The notes: a model not told the origin generated them from the letters alone. A stretch of 63,909 nucleotides of DNA, filler included, from Hausera hauseri (GCA_046269625.1; 12 parts of 12 records of this genome joined end to end with filler, not necessarily neighbours in it), one strand, 5' to 3'. Numbered from the whole stretch's first letter, positions 37,025 to 48,404 are shown. Made by a program: numbers and translations.

Positions 37025-37760
37025 AGTAGTAGTATAGTAAGAGGTAAACTAGTATCATTTTGAAGGCTGCGCAGAGGTGGGGCCAGGTGGACGTCAGGCG
37101 CAGGCACAGGGGCAGAGTTATGTGACGTCATAGGGAGCAGGCGGCACCCAGTGCCACATGCATGTGCTCGGAAATTAGAGTCAAAGGGAGAAGTTGTAGC
37201 GTGTATCTGGAAATTAAAGATGAGGGAAGGAGTCAGGCAGAGCAGAGAGGTGCCGCATGCATGTACCCAGAGTTGTGTTTAGAGTCAAAGGGGTGGAGTC
37301 AGGATGGTGTCTGAAGGGGGAGCAAGGGGAGGAGCTAGGCTGGCACAGCCTGGTACAAGGGGGCAGAGTTAGTCGTCACAGGCTGGTGCAAGTGTTGCGG
37401 GGTGTCACATGCGTGTACCCAGAAATTGAAGATGAGGGGAGGAGTCTGGCAGTGCATAGGGGCGGAGTCAGGTGACATCAGGTGTAGGCGTCAGGGGCGG
37501 ATTCAGTCAGTACAGGCGGTGTGGGGTCCTGCATGCATGTACCTGGAAATTAAAGACAAGGGGAAGAGTCAGGTGGAGCAGAGATGGCGTCTGAAAGGGG
37601 AGTAAGAGGACAATGTAGAGGCAGAGGCTAGTCAAGATGGTGGCTGAAGGCGGTGGTGGGATGACTTTTATCTAAGTTTTTAAGGCACAAGATGGCACCT
37701 GAAGGGTCCGTGTGGGCAAAGTCAGGCAGAGACCAGTCAAGATTGTGGCTGAAGGGTACT
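37025..37760 (+). repeat. Putative Polinton terminal inverted repeat / subterminal degenerate repeats
   Basis: AGTAGTAGTATAGT, then recurring GAAATTAAAGATGAGGG, GCATGCATGTACC, GGGGCxGAGT and GATGGxxxCTGAAGG units. The partner TIR is not in the window. Confidence 0.6.
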
Positions 37761-38371
37761 CGAGTAGATAAGGGGAGCACATTTTGTATATACAGATAAG
37801 ATATGATAGTAATTGCCTTGTAGATAAGCGCATCGTTGTAGGGTGTTGGTAACTGTTCAATTGATATACTGTGCGCTGACTGATCAAATGATGAGACAAA
37901 GTTCTGTGAATAACCGTTTGGTGGCGGGCTTTGCGCCGACTCGTCATACACGGGTGAAAAGGTCTGTATAGGAGCCCTTTGGGTGGCGATGGACTTGTCA
38001 TAAAATGGTAAAAAGTTCTGTAATGGTTCAGTGTTAATAAACGACATAAGGTTCGACGGAGGCTCGGTTTGTGTGGTAGCTGTGGCAGTTAACGGGTATC
38101 GTCCCAGCACGTCTTTTGGAACCGTTGCTATATAGTCGATGGCGGAAAAAATCTCTCTTTGCAAGGCGACGAGTTGTTCAAATTCTTCGTATGTGAGCGA
38201 GATTCCATTTTTAGTCGAGAACTTTTTGTAGCTTTCACCAAAGTATCTTCTAATATGCACCAACACTCTGTTTCGATACGAAGAAACTGTAACTAGCTTG
38301 GCCAGGCCTATCTGTCTTGCCAACGCAGCATCGCCGGTCATGTAGACGTTGTTATCAAACCACATAAACAT
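37628..38371 (-). CDS. PC4/Sub1 (p15) domain protein with a low-complexity tail
   Basis: LVTVSSYRNRVLVHIRRYF...TKNGISLTYEEFEQL matches the PC4 pattern VxVxxFxGxxxIDIRxY...KGISLxxxQWxxL. TATA near 38410. Confidence 0.8.
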   Translation of the reverse strand: MFMWFDNNVYMTGDAALARQIGLAKLVTVSSYRNRVLVHIRRYFGESYKKFSTKNGISLTYEEFEQLVALQREIFSAIDYIATVPKDVLGRYPLTATATTQTEPPSNLMSFINTEPLQNFLPFYDKSIATQRAPIQTFSPVYDESAQSPPPNGYSQNFVSSFDQSAHSISIEQLPTPYNDALIYKAITIISYLYIQNVLPLSTRVPFSHNLDWSLPDFAHTDPSGAILCLKNLDKSHPTTAFSHHLD

Positions 38372-38429
38372 TTTGAAAACAGAAAGCCCCTCTGGGTGTG
38401 CGACTCACTTATATACCATTATAACCGGT

Positions 38430-38880
38430 TTACACCGGATGTGTGACATCATAGATATTTATACAAGTAGTTTCTCTGCAGCCAAGGTAAGACGAAGCGC
38501 CAAACGAGCCTATCGTTGACGTGTTGTCTCGTTGTCGAAAAGGACATGAGGACGCGTCGCATGGAACATCCTCTGGCTTTGATGAGGATGAAATAAATGA
38601 CGTAGAGTCCTCAAGCATTACTAAAACATCTTGTAAGGGTCGCTCGTTGTAGATGAATTCTCTGTTAGAGTTACGTTTAATGAAAGTGTCAATGTCAGCA
38701 TGCAGTGGAGGAAGTCTAAAGGAATCAAAATAGTGAAATGTGCCAATGCCATCATAGTACAAAGATACCCAATGCGTATCGGGTTGGTCGCTGGGATCCG
38801 TATTTATGACAAAGGCTGCCAGCTCTGTCGGGTCGATTCGTTTGGGTAACTTGTCACGGTACACGACTTTGACAGGATGT
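38430..38880 (-). pseudogene. Adenain-like (peptidase C5) maturation cysteine protease
   Basis: INTDPSDQPDTHWV, YFDSF and NERPLQ motifs. After a frameshift it reads SNA*GLYVIYF, with the catalytic Cys codon now TGA. Confidence 0.88.
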
Positions 38881-40182
38881 CAGCGTTTGAAAATGTCAGA
38901 TTTTAAAATTGTATCTGTCGAGTGTCCATCTTTTTTAAGCCACAAAGTCCAGTAACATTTGTCTGCTTTTGGAAATTTCAATGATAGAGGTCCGTTTTTC
39001 GCGAGTTCAAACTGGTCCCCATCCAGACGGCTGGGACTGAGATCGAACGCATAGAGGGCATAACCGTCTTTGAAACTTTTGTAGTCGACATCGCAGCCAG
39101 CGTCCTTACCGATCAGACCCATGGCTAGATTAGTTCCAAAAAGGGATCGAGCGTAATGGTCGCGCTTGAAATCTACCTTTAACGGCTCCCCCGTGGCCGT
39201 CCTCCCATCGATGGTGACGTTCAAATATGTCAAGCCGAAATGTTGAAAGTTGAATGGATTATTTCTGTAGGTGCCATTAAAAGCCAAGGAATTTACTATC
39301 GCAAGGAATTTACTATCGCGATCATGGTGCGCTTCGGCGTTTGACTGAGGAAAAGATTGTCTTGAATGTGCAACAACATTCCTCTGGGTATGGACAATGT
39401 CTTTATCATGACTCGTTTGATGGGGTATTTTGCGTTCGCTGTAGTCAAGGTCTTTTCGTGGACCAGAGAAATGTCCGGATTTAATTTGGCTTTCCTGACC
39501 ACCAGGAAGGCGCATGTTATAATTGATTTATAACAGAGCGCGAGATCGTCGGCTATAAGGTTGGAGGAGTCTTTAGAAGGGGTGAGTTTGATCTTTACGT
39601 CCACTCCATTCAGCATGGGCAGTCTTAGGTTAAAATGTCGCAGTGTAAGTTTCCCATCATATCCACTTCTTGACTACCGGCAGCCAACTCACGACGAGTT
39701 TTCAGTCCGACGTTAGAATCGGCTTTAGCTTCATCGAAAAATTTTGGCGTGTCGTTGTAGTATAGGGCTGCCGTCAGGTGACCCCTTTTGGCTTCCTGAA
39801 AGTAATTTAAAACGGCTTCGACGTAAGACCTGTATGGGTAAGTGTTTTTTCTAGGCGTGATTCACGTGTCGTTCAAGGCGATGTCCACTTGAGAAAATAA
39901 TCTGGTAATTGTTGACCGGGGCCACGTCTGCACTGTCCGGTAAATTATCACCGTTGGCCAAAACGACTTTGGCCCGCACATGCAGAAAGGTATTAAACAA
40001 ATCTAGATACTCTTCGCCACTTCCGGATATTTCAAATTCTATGGGCGCCCCGGGCGCGAGAGAAGCAAGAGGGTAAATGTCTACAAACTGACCTTCCTCT
40101 AGCGCTGTTTGTGTCAGAGGAACACTAAACAAATCCAAACTGGAATGGGGGCATTCGTACGAGCTGGGGTTATCAAAGCCAT
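38880..40182 (-). pseudogene. Polinton major capsid protein (double jelly-roll)
   Basis: ECxxSxLDLFSVPxTQ, PIEFEISGSGEEYLDL, LNGVDVKIKL, AKYPIKRV, NPFNFQHF and GYALYAFDLSP motifs. A 17-bp tandem duplication at 39285-39318 causes one frameshift. Confidence 0.92.
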
Positions 40183-40186
40183 GTCT

Positions 40187-40661
40187 TTAATCAAAGATGT
40201 CTGAATACTTCCTTCCTCGTCGTTTCTTGGACTTAGTGTGAGAATTGCTCGAGGGCACTGTCCGTTTTATTCTTTTCTTAACAGGTTCGCCTGGTGGCGT
40301 GGATTTTCTTTTACGATGCATGCTGCCACCTGATAGGTTGCCTGCCACGTGATTCACGGCACCTTGCACCAGTCTCTGTCCGGCCGCTTTGGCTCGGTCT
40401 CGGAAGGATTCGCCGACGTTTCGACCAGTTAACGCGTCCTGGGCCACTTACAAACCCATCCAAACGCCTTCCCTGATCAAAGCTTTGCCTCCGGTTTTTA
40501 ACTACCGGAGGATCAATCGACGCAATCCAATAAAGAAACTTCTGATGCCTCTTCCACGTTGACTTCTGCCACCAACAAAAACGGGAATTCCGTCTCCTGC
40601 TTGACTGTGGTAAGTCTTTGTAAACCTGGGCACTTCGATGTAAAGGAGTGTGCCTAACCAT
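40187..40661 (-). pseudogene. Polinton QxGxG virion protein with amphipathic helices and a basic tail
   Basis: YHSQAGDGIPVFVGGRSQRGRGIRSFFIGL...KTGGKAL...VAQDALTGRN...KKRRGRKYSDIFD; stops and a frameshift. Confidence 0.8.
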
Positions 40662-40754
40662 CTTTTTTTTTGCAAAAAGTAACATCACCACCGAAGAACC
40701 GTTCATGAATCGGATCTTTTGTCCCAGTGTAATATTACAGCCCTGAAAAAGGTT
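40662..40754 (-). pseudogene. Probable C-terminus of the minor capsid protein (penton)
   Basis: LGQKIRFMNGSSVVMLLF resembles the GxxIxFxxGxxxVxLHF ending, in the expected position. Confidence 0.45.
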
Positions 40755-40854
40755 NNNNNNNNNNNNNNNNNNNNNNNNNNNNNNNNNNNNNNNNNNNNTT
40801 AATTAATTAANNNNNNNNNNNNNNNNNNNNNNNNNNNNNNNNNNNNNNNNNNNN

Positions 40855-43800
40855 ACTTTCACTTTAATTTCCGCTTCCGGTTTATTTTTCAATAGTTTAG
40901 CGTACTCTCTTATTAACAGCTTGGGTACGGCACTATATGCGGTATTTTCGCTAGATAGTTTAGTCAAGGTGGGAATCAATTTCTTTAACTTATCTTCGCT
41001 TATGTTTATTTTCAATACACCGCTCAGTTCCCTTTCAGCCATTATGGGATCAAGTAGCATTTGCACGTCGAATTTCGTCTTATGCGCACCAGTAGGTGAC
41101 TCATAAATTTGTATTGGAGTTCTTTGACTTTGCTTGGTTAGATCTTGGAGATATTCATTCCACTCAGCTTCATTATCTGCGTCAGGTAATTCATAATTCG
41201 TTAGCGCCGTATGTCCGACCTGGACTATTTCGCGTAATTCTCTTATTTGCGGTTGCAATGTTTTTATCACGGATATTCTAAATCCGTCGCCGTTTCCGCA
41301 TGCTTGTTATATTAGTGTTATCAATCGACGCATTTCTTCTGGTTGTATCAAGGCTCTTTCCCAATAACTAGTAATTTCTGCGATTCTGTCACTTTGCCAT
41401 GTTTGTATAAATTCCGTTTTATCGTTCATTTCGGATTCTGTAAGCAAATATTTGTTTTTGTAAATTTCTGTTTCCCTTAGTAATTCGTTTAGCTCGCGTT
41501 GCCTTTTTTCGGAGCATAATGGGGTTTCTTTTATTAGCCGTATTCAATTTATTAATCGTTTAACTACTACTTTGTCGCTTTCTGCCATTTCTGTTATTAG
41601 TAAGATTAATTTGTGCATTTGATTTAATACTTCAGAGTCCGGATCTATAGCGTCCATTAGCCTGCCTATGAACTCGGCTTCGTCGGCTGTCAGCTGAAGA
41701 TCTTTTCTAATCTGTGTTAATTCAGTGTGGCAGTGTAGATCGAACCCCGGCGTCCATTCTGGTGGATTCTGTAAATACTGTGGTGTCTGTGCCAGAGCAA
41801 TCCGGTACTCATTACATACTTCTAATGTTTCTATCTCCTGTACAGAGATTTCCTTTAACGGTTTCTGTATTAGATTCTGTATTCCTTTCCAACGGATGCT
41901 TACTAAACTTCGTTGAAGATCACTTAGCTTATTTCTTTTTTTCTAGAAGTCCTTTTCTTCTATCACATTATATATCTCCGTTAATGTTGTTTGTTCTTGG
42001 TCCTTGTCATAAATTCAAGTTCTAGGAATGATTCAAATTTGATTTGTAATTTCGCTTCATCTTCCATCGTACCGATATACAGTAACATCTCTTCCAGTTG
42101 ATGTTTCATTATAGGCTCAGCTACGGCGAAATCTCACAATCTTTCATTTATTATTCCCGCTATGGTAGGTAACAAGTCTATCCACTTTCTTAATTGTTTA
42201 GATATTGCTAGTTTAGCATATATTATTTCGTCTAATGCCTTAAAAGCTTCTTTTAGTTCATGATCTGGTCCTCGTACAAATTCTATGGTTTGTTTTATGT
42301 AGTTGAATTCTTTTCTATACTCGTCTAATTCGAGAAAGCATGCACGTATTATTCTCCGTGCTTCTGCTTTTTCAAGGTGAACTATACCGATCTTTAAGTC
42401 GTTAATCTTGGCTCGTATTTTATTTTCTCTTTCAATACGTATTTTTAAATCTGGGTATTTCTGATGTTTATCCTTTATTAAGCTGCACATTTCTATTAGA
42501 AAAGAAATATCAATTTGGTTTATGCCTAATATCTCTAAGTTGACATTAATTAGTTCGTATACTGGCTTGTTATGAAGATAAAAAATTATCGCTTCTTCGA
42601 TCTCGTATAGCAATCTCTCTAAGTTACGTTTTACGCATTTTAGTTTTGGGTTGTTCTTAAGTGTGTCTAATAGTCCTTGCGTTTTATTGAGCTGGTCGAT
42701 AATCGGCTCGTTTCTATTCTATGTTTTCGTAAACTCAGTTTCACTCTTTGTCCACAATTCTAATTTCTTTTGCCAACTTTCTATCAAATCTTTCGGCGTT
42801 TCATGAAGTTCATATGGTATGTTTTCTTCTTCTTTCTGAAGTCCAGTTTTAAACTTTTTATATAATTTTTCTATGAACTGTTGTTCTTTTTCGGAGATAT
42901 CCAATTGTTTGCTCATCTGCTGGAGTTTCCGCAGGCTCTCAGGTAGTCTTTCGGGATCGTTCAGTGCGTCTCTTATTTCTATTAGCTCATTTGCATTTTT
43001 CCAAGATTTTCTAATCTTTCCAAGCTTCACCGGTTTTTTCTCTTCTGCTTCCTCTTCACTAGGTGGTAACGAACATACTTCATTGATTTCATCAATATTT
43101 GAGATTTTTGTTGTTTCCGGTGCTCTTTGGGTTATTACAGGAGTATTTAACTTTGTTTCATCTTTTAAAGTGATGGTAAAGTCTTCCTCTTTTTCTAATC
43201 CTTTCTGAATAGGGGCTGGTGAACGAGTTCTCGACCTTTTCCTAAGAGAAGCACGTCTTACTCTATATTTGGGTATCGTAAGCATTAGTGGGCCAATAAA
43301 TTCACTTTCAACCTCATTTGCTGTTTTATTCTTATTTTGGGATACGATTTCGGTATCTGCGTCCAAGTCTACACTTGAAGACGTAGTCGGCTTTTCTTCT
43401 TTCTCCTCTTTTGTCGCTTTATTTAGATTTTTCTTCCTTGCCATGTTAGTATTCTTAGGTGCTATAGCTTTTTCGTATTCCGTTTTTGGTTCTCTTAATC
43501 CATGATAAACTTCCATTTGTTGCAGCTTTTCTTCGCATTCCTTCCTAACCTTGATTACTTGCGGATTATTAGATTCGCCCATATTTCTTACATACCTTCG
43601 TAAGTCTTGCATCTCGATAATCATGCTTATATCACCTCGTTTTCCATAGATTCCTTGAAAATTATCTTTTATCATACTAGCTTTACTAATCTCTGCAAAT
43701 GATACACTCGGTGGATTAGGGCATGATAGGGCTACATGTCTTTCCTTACCACATGAATAACAAATCAAGTTTCCGTCCCTGCCGATCTTTTGTCGTCCGT

Positions 43801-44758
43801 CTTCATTTACTGGAGATTTAGGTCTACTTATTGTCTTGTTCTGAGCTTGCTTGTCAATTCCATTATTTCTATTTTCGAAATTTCCATTATCTATATATAT
43901 GTTCTTATTGCTTCGGTCATTATTTTGGCTCCTATCCGAAGTATAGCCTGTTTTGTTATAAAGGACTGTACGTGTTTCGATTATCACTAAAGTTCCTATT
44001 GTCATGTCTTATGCCGCAATTAGAGGCATTCTGAGCCCTATTCTCATAGCCTGGGTCCTTATTATTATCGTTAAATCTTCTATTGTTTCGGTTCCTATTC
44101 CGATTATCGCGTTCGTTATTTCGGTCATATTTATCACTCTGTCTAGCGTATCTATCTAATGCCATTTCTAAGTTTTGAGCTAATTGTAATGCTGTATCAA
44201 AATTATCTGGTCGAGCTAAAATTAGTTGCTTAACTAAATCTCTGGACCAAATACCGTTTATTAACTGAGTTGTCATCATGACATCTAAATCCGGCGGACT
44301 AGCATTTTCTGCCGCTTTGCGTTCTGCGTCTGTCTTTGCCTTTGCCGCATTTGCTATCCTTAGAGTACTTACGTAACTATTGGCAAGTTTCTTTAGTGCG
44401 AATGCGAATTGAGTAACCGATTCACCTTTTTGTTGTGTTCTGTTCTTAAAGGCCATAAGCTTCTGCTGTGGCGTCAATGTTGGCAATAGTTTGCGATTTA
44501 TGGCTCCTACTATAGAGGACCATGATTTTTTCTTGTCATTAGTAAGTTCATTATAAGCGTCTGCAGCCAGATTTTTGAAGTATAAAGACAATCGCTTATC
44601 ATAACCTCGGGCGCAAGACTGGCACCTTCTGCGAGCAATTTATAGGTTCGTAAAAAGTCATTTAGCCCGTCCGAGTCACCATCATATGCCGGTAAGTTCA
44701 ATGAATCGAACGTAAATATATCCAGTTTTTGAGCTACGGCTGGGTTCTCTGCTGCCAT
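40855..44758 (-). pseudogene. Gypsy gag with one CCHC knuckle and a very long charged/coiled-coil extension
   Basis: LPAYDGD, QQKGESVTQFAFALKKLA, PDNFDTALQLA and CYSCGKERHVALSC motifs, continued by ORFs 42719-44005, 42134-42613 and 40855-41270. Confidence 0.8.
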
Positions 44759-45117
44759 CTTTATTTTATTCGGTTTATCTATTTTAATTCTAGGAGGAGC
44801 TTTGAATTCTCTAACGGAGGTTAGTTCGGTGTCGGATAAATAATGCTTATCGATTACCTTGTCTTCTATATAAAGCTTATTTCGAGTTTCTCTTTGATTA
44901 TGTTTCTCTATACCGTTTATTAATAAGTTTGATTTGAGTTCGACCTATCAGTGTTTGCTCTTAATTTGATTTTTACTTAATTCCCTTCTAACCTCTTATA
45001 ATCCCAAGTTTAAACTCTTTACTAATAACGTATAACAATTATTTGGTGTAAGTGGTGCTATTCGCCCGTGTATCTTTAATAAACTCTCAAAAGTAATGTC
45101 TAGCGAGGTACAAACTG

Positions 45118-45134
45118 TCCTGCTAGGGTCGCCA
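45118..45134 (-). promoter_or_regulatory. tRNA primer-binding site
   Basis: TGGCGACCCTAGCAGGA, 4 nt after the LTR end; complementary to a tRNA 3' end (...UCCUGCUAGGGUCGCCA). Confidence 0.85.
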
Positions 45135-45138
45135 AATA

Positions 45139-45830
45139 TGTTACAGTTGGGGTGGCCCTTACCTTCTTCCTCTATAACAATATTTTCTCTAGATTTAATT
45201 TGTTGTATCAGCAGGTTAGAACTATTCGTTCTCGAATAGTCTGCTTGTGCCTTAAGATTTAACTGAATTTATGTAGTGATGCTGGTACTGCTTGCGATAA
45301 AATTGCGTGTCTCAAATTATAATATCTCAACTTATCTATGTATTTTAAGTAGATTTTATCCTTATGGAAGTCAAATCGTCTTTAAGAGACGATGAGAAAC
45401 TATAAAGGGATTTTAACAAACAATCAACTAAATAATAACCTTTATTTCTGATCACAGTTATGAACTCAACACAATGGATCACAAAATTTAACTTCAAATA
45501 GTCAATATCAGTTTTTAGCTCGCAGTTTTGGTTTGACTTGGTCGATTCTAAGTCGACGATTATTGTTCTCTCCTGTTCTGAAATAAGCCTGCTTATATAG
45601 TGGCAGGATCGGTGCCGAATACAATATTTACACATTGTTTCGAGTTTGCATGCAATTCCAATCAATTTCATATTTACTAATTAGTTATCACATATTTTGA
45701 TAAAGCAATTTTCTACATAAATTCACGATTACTATTTACAATTCATAACTCAACCACTTTCTTGAATAAACAATTCGCTTTGGAAATAACTTGTAAATAG
45801 CTTCGACTAGTTATAATTCATTATGTTACA
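45139..45830 (-). repeat. LTR (692 bp)
   Basis: TGT...ACA termini, preceded by purine-rich AGGGAGAAA and followed by the PBS; TATATAA near 45593. Only one copy is in the window. Confidence 0.85.
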
Positions 45831-45972
45831 TTTCTCCCTGAGCGGCATCCTCGGAGGAGCCTATTGCGTAAGAAGAGGTGGCGCCCAACGGCCTAGACTG
45901 TCTTAACTGATTCATTTTTTCTGGCAGGTCCGTCAGTGAATTTCGTTGGTCTCGACTGATTACTGGGCTTGT

Positions 45973-46395
45973 CTACAAGTTGTAACTATGGTAAGGCTTG
46001 ATCCTAACAATTCGTGTATAGTTCCCATCTGAGTAATATTTCAACTCCGTGGCCTCTGCTTGACATACTGGGCACGTTGTCTTTCCGTTGTTGAGTGTCC
46101 ACTTTTCTAGACAATCTCGACAGTATTTGTGGCGGCAATTTTTACTGTCCAAAACTACATAGCCTTGCCTTAAGTTTGCTTTACATACGGGACATTCACT
46201 ATCTTCCTTGTCCCAATCGTCTCTATCTAAGTCGACTTGAATAGTTAGTTCGATGAGTTCGAATACAAGGCCTTCTCCATCTTGATACAGGTATCCGTGA
46301 ATTACCTTCTGTTTAGGGTTAATTGAACTTTTACGTGGGTCACAGTTTACTTGTATCAGGGACCAATTTGTGATAATATCCTTGTTTAGGTCCAA
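45973..46395 (-). CDS. C3HC4 RING-finger protein (putative E3 ligase) inside the retroelement
   Basis: CPVC...CRHKYCRDC...W...CPVC. Confidence 0.85.
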   Translation of the reverse strand: MDLNKDIITNWSLIQVNCDPRKSSINPKQKVIHGYLYQDGEGLVFELIELTIQVDLDRDDWDKEDSECPVCKANLRQGYVVLDSKNCRHKYCRDCLEKWTLNNGKTTCPVCQAEATELKYYSDGNYTRIVRIKPYHSYNL

Positions 46396-46419
46396 AATCT
46401 TCCCTTCTATTTTATATTT

Positions 46420-46908
46420 TTAGTATTGTTTCTTTAACAATATGCGAATCTGTTTATCCACAGGAACTACTATTTTCCCAGTCCTCTTCGAACGGAAAAT
46501 TGATGTAAGTTCCCAGTTTAGTATCTTCCCATACATAGGTGTTTTCAAAGACTTCTCTCGCCGGGCGAGTTTGATGAAGAACATGGCTTCCTTTATTATC
46601 TTTTTACTATAGTATTCGGTAGTTGCCAGCATTCTAGGAAAATCTTGGGCTGTCCTGCAATGTACGTCCCCTTTTATTCTTTTTCCTATTAGGGCATTAA
46701 TTTCCGTTATTATGGGACTCTTAATTCCCTTTTTTAACGGTTCTATCTTCTGTGAGGTACTTGGCCTGCTTTGTTGGTTCTCCCCTTTTTGTTCCTCATC
46801 TTCCCCTTTCTTCTTGAATAGATAGTTGTAAATGGATAACGTCTTCCTGGGCTGGGATTTTTCTTCTAACTTCAGCTTTTTACTTATTGCTTCTGGCCTT
46901 GGTTCCAC
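46420..46908 (-). CDS. Hypothetical Lys-rich accessory ORF
   Basis: 162-aa open frame between the exonuclease-like and RING ORFs; no recognised domain. Confidence 0.4.
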   Translation of the reverse strand: MEPRPEAISKKLKLEEKSQPRKTLSIYNYLFKKKGEDEEQKGENQQSRPSTSQKIEPLKKGIKSPIITEINALIGKRIKGDVHCRTAQDFPRMLATTEYYSKKIIKEAMFFIKLARREKSLKTPMYGKILNWELTSIFRSKRTGKIVVPVDKQIRILLKKQY

Positions 46909-47165
46909 TTTTTGTTCCTCCGGAGACTTGGATGTTCCCTCTAATGTCTTATTTTCTTCTTTGATCTTCGTAATTCCGTTTTACCTTCTTGTTGTTCTTC
47001 CTTAGGTTCTTGTACTGTAATTCTGAGATTATGCTTGCCTGTTGGCTGGACGGTTCTGATCGGGAAATAAGGCTTTATGTTTTTTCTATATTTGACGTCT
47101 ATCAGTTCAGGTTTTAGGGAACTACGTAAATTATGTGTAGGGTTTCTAGGGGCCCCTTTGTGCTC

Positions 47166-48226
47166 CTATTTTAATGTCCTATAGATTTCCTGCAAATATT
47201 TGGAACGTTGGCTGACCGTTAGGAGTCTTGGAATCCTATTCAAGTCATGGCTCATTGCTTCGACCATTAGTTTAAAGAAAGCTTCTGGTACGGTCGGTCG
47301 ATTCCTTTCTTGTACGGTTTTCTCCATCCGTCCTTGGACCACTGGATGAGTGGCTATTGCTCTAAGTCCGGCAATATTTGCATCAGATATCCCTAATAGC
47401 TCAATCTCTCGTCGTACATTATAACCGGCTATCATACGGCCATAAAGACAATGGTCTAACTCTGAACTGACTTGCTGGATATCTGTCCCTCTTATGAGCC
47501 GGTCCCTTCTTATCCCAGTCACTTCTGCATATGACTCTTGGACATGCTTCATGGGGTTTATGAGTGTGGAATATATTTCAGTCCCATCTCGATGGGTATC
47601 CCATATCCATCGTCTCCTCTGCCACAATTCATTGCTAAGATTCTTATGTTACGTCCATCTTGGACTAGTCTATACGATTGCTTATGTTCGTCCTTTTCTA
47701 CTTCTGTCGGAGTCTGTTCAAATTCCAGAACTGGCAGCCCTAAGTTGCAGTTCTCTTTATAGGTCACTTCGAACATAAGTTTAACAGGAAGGGCTGCTAC
47801 TCTAAACTCCAGACCATAGTCGATACTTTCTAAGCCCTGTCTATTTATTCTAAATGTACTAAACCGATATTGATGCCCTTCATTGGAGTTCCATGGTTGG
47901 CCTTCTACTCTGTAGTATAGTTCCCCGTCAGCTAGGTGTATGTATACTTCTTGAGTTTTATTAGTTCGTTTTGGAATCAGTTCCTTTAGTGAGTAGGCTC
48001 TCGCTTGGTTATTTTCACGCATTGCGTAGAGGTAAACGGTTCGATTTTCTTCTGTTATACCCTTTAGGTCATTTGGGATCTCGGTCACCTTTGAAAATTC
48101 AATTGACGTTTCTGCTTGGAGGGCTTCAGTTATGCGTCGGTAGATGGATTTTGATTTGGATATGAATACTGTTGCGTGTTCCTTTAGGAAATTGTCGACG
48201 CTAATTCGACTGATCATACTTACCAT
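47166..48226 (-). pseudogene. Accessory protein: unknown N-terminal domain plus a DnaQ/REX4/ISG20-like DEDDh exonuclease fold
   Basis: ILAMNCG...IEMG, frameshift, then IYSTLINP...EVTGIRRDRL...LYGRMIAGYNV. Confidence 0.7.
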
Positions 48227-48404
48227 TCTGAAAGAAAATACAAAATAAGGGTCAATCCTAAAATAAAGTATTGTTCTAAATTTGAACCAATTCTTTGTTT
48301 GATGGCGGAATAACCCGATCTGTAGTTGTCAGGTTATTCCATCATTAATTCTATCCTGTGGTACCATCACCTTTAATTCCCTCTCATTGATTTTAGGGCG
48401 TTTA

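Larger units (their letters stand above)
37025..40754. mobile_element. Polinton/Maverick terminal segment (putative terminus, PC4-like gene, protease, capsid genes)
   Basis: AGTAGTAGT start followed by GC-rich subterminal repeats and a minus-strand virion gene block. Confidence 0.88.

Noticed and set aside
22715-40754. One continuous Polinton interrupted by a gypsy insertion
   Set aside because: The pieces are separated by artificial linkers, so order and linkage are unknown.
45345-45671. 108-aa ORF
   Set aside because: Lies inside the LTR and has no domain signal.
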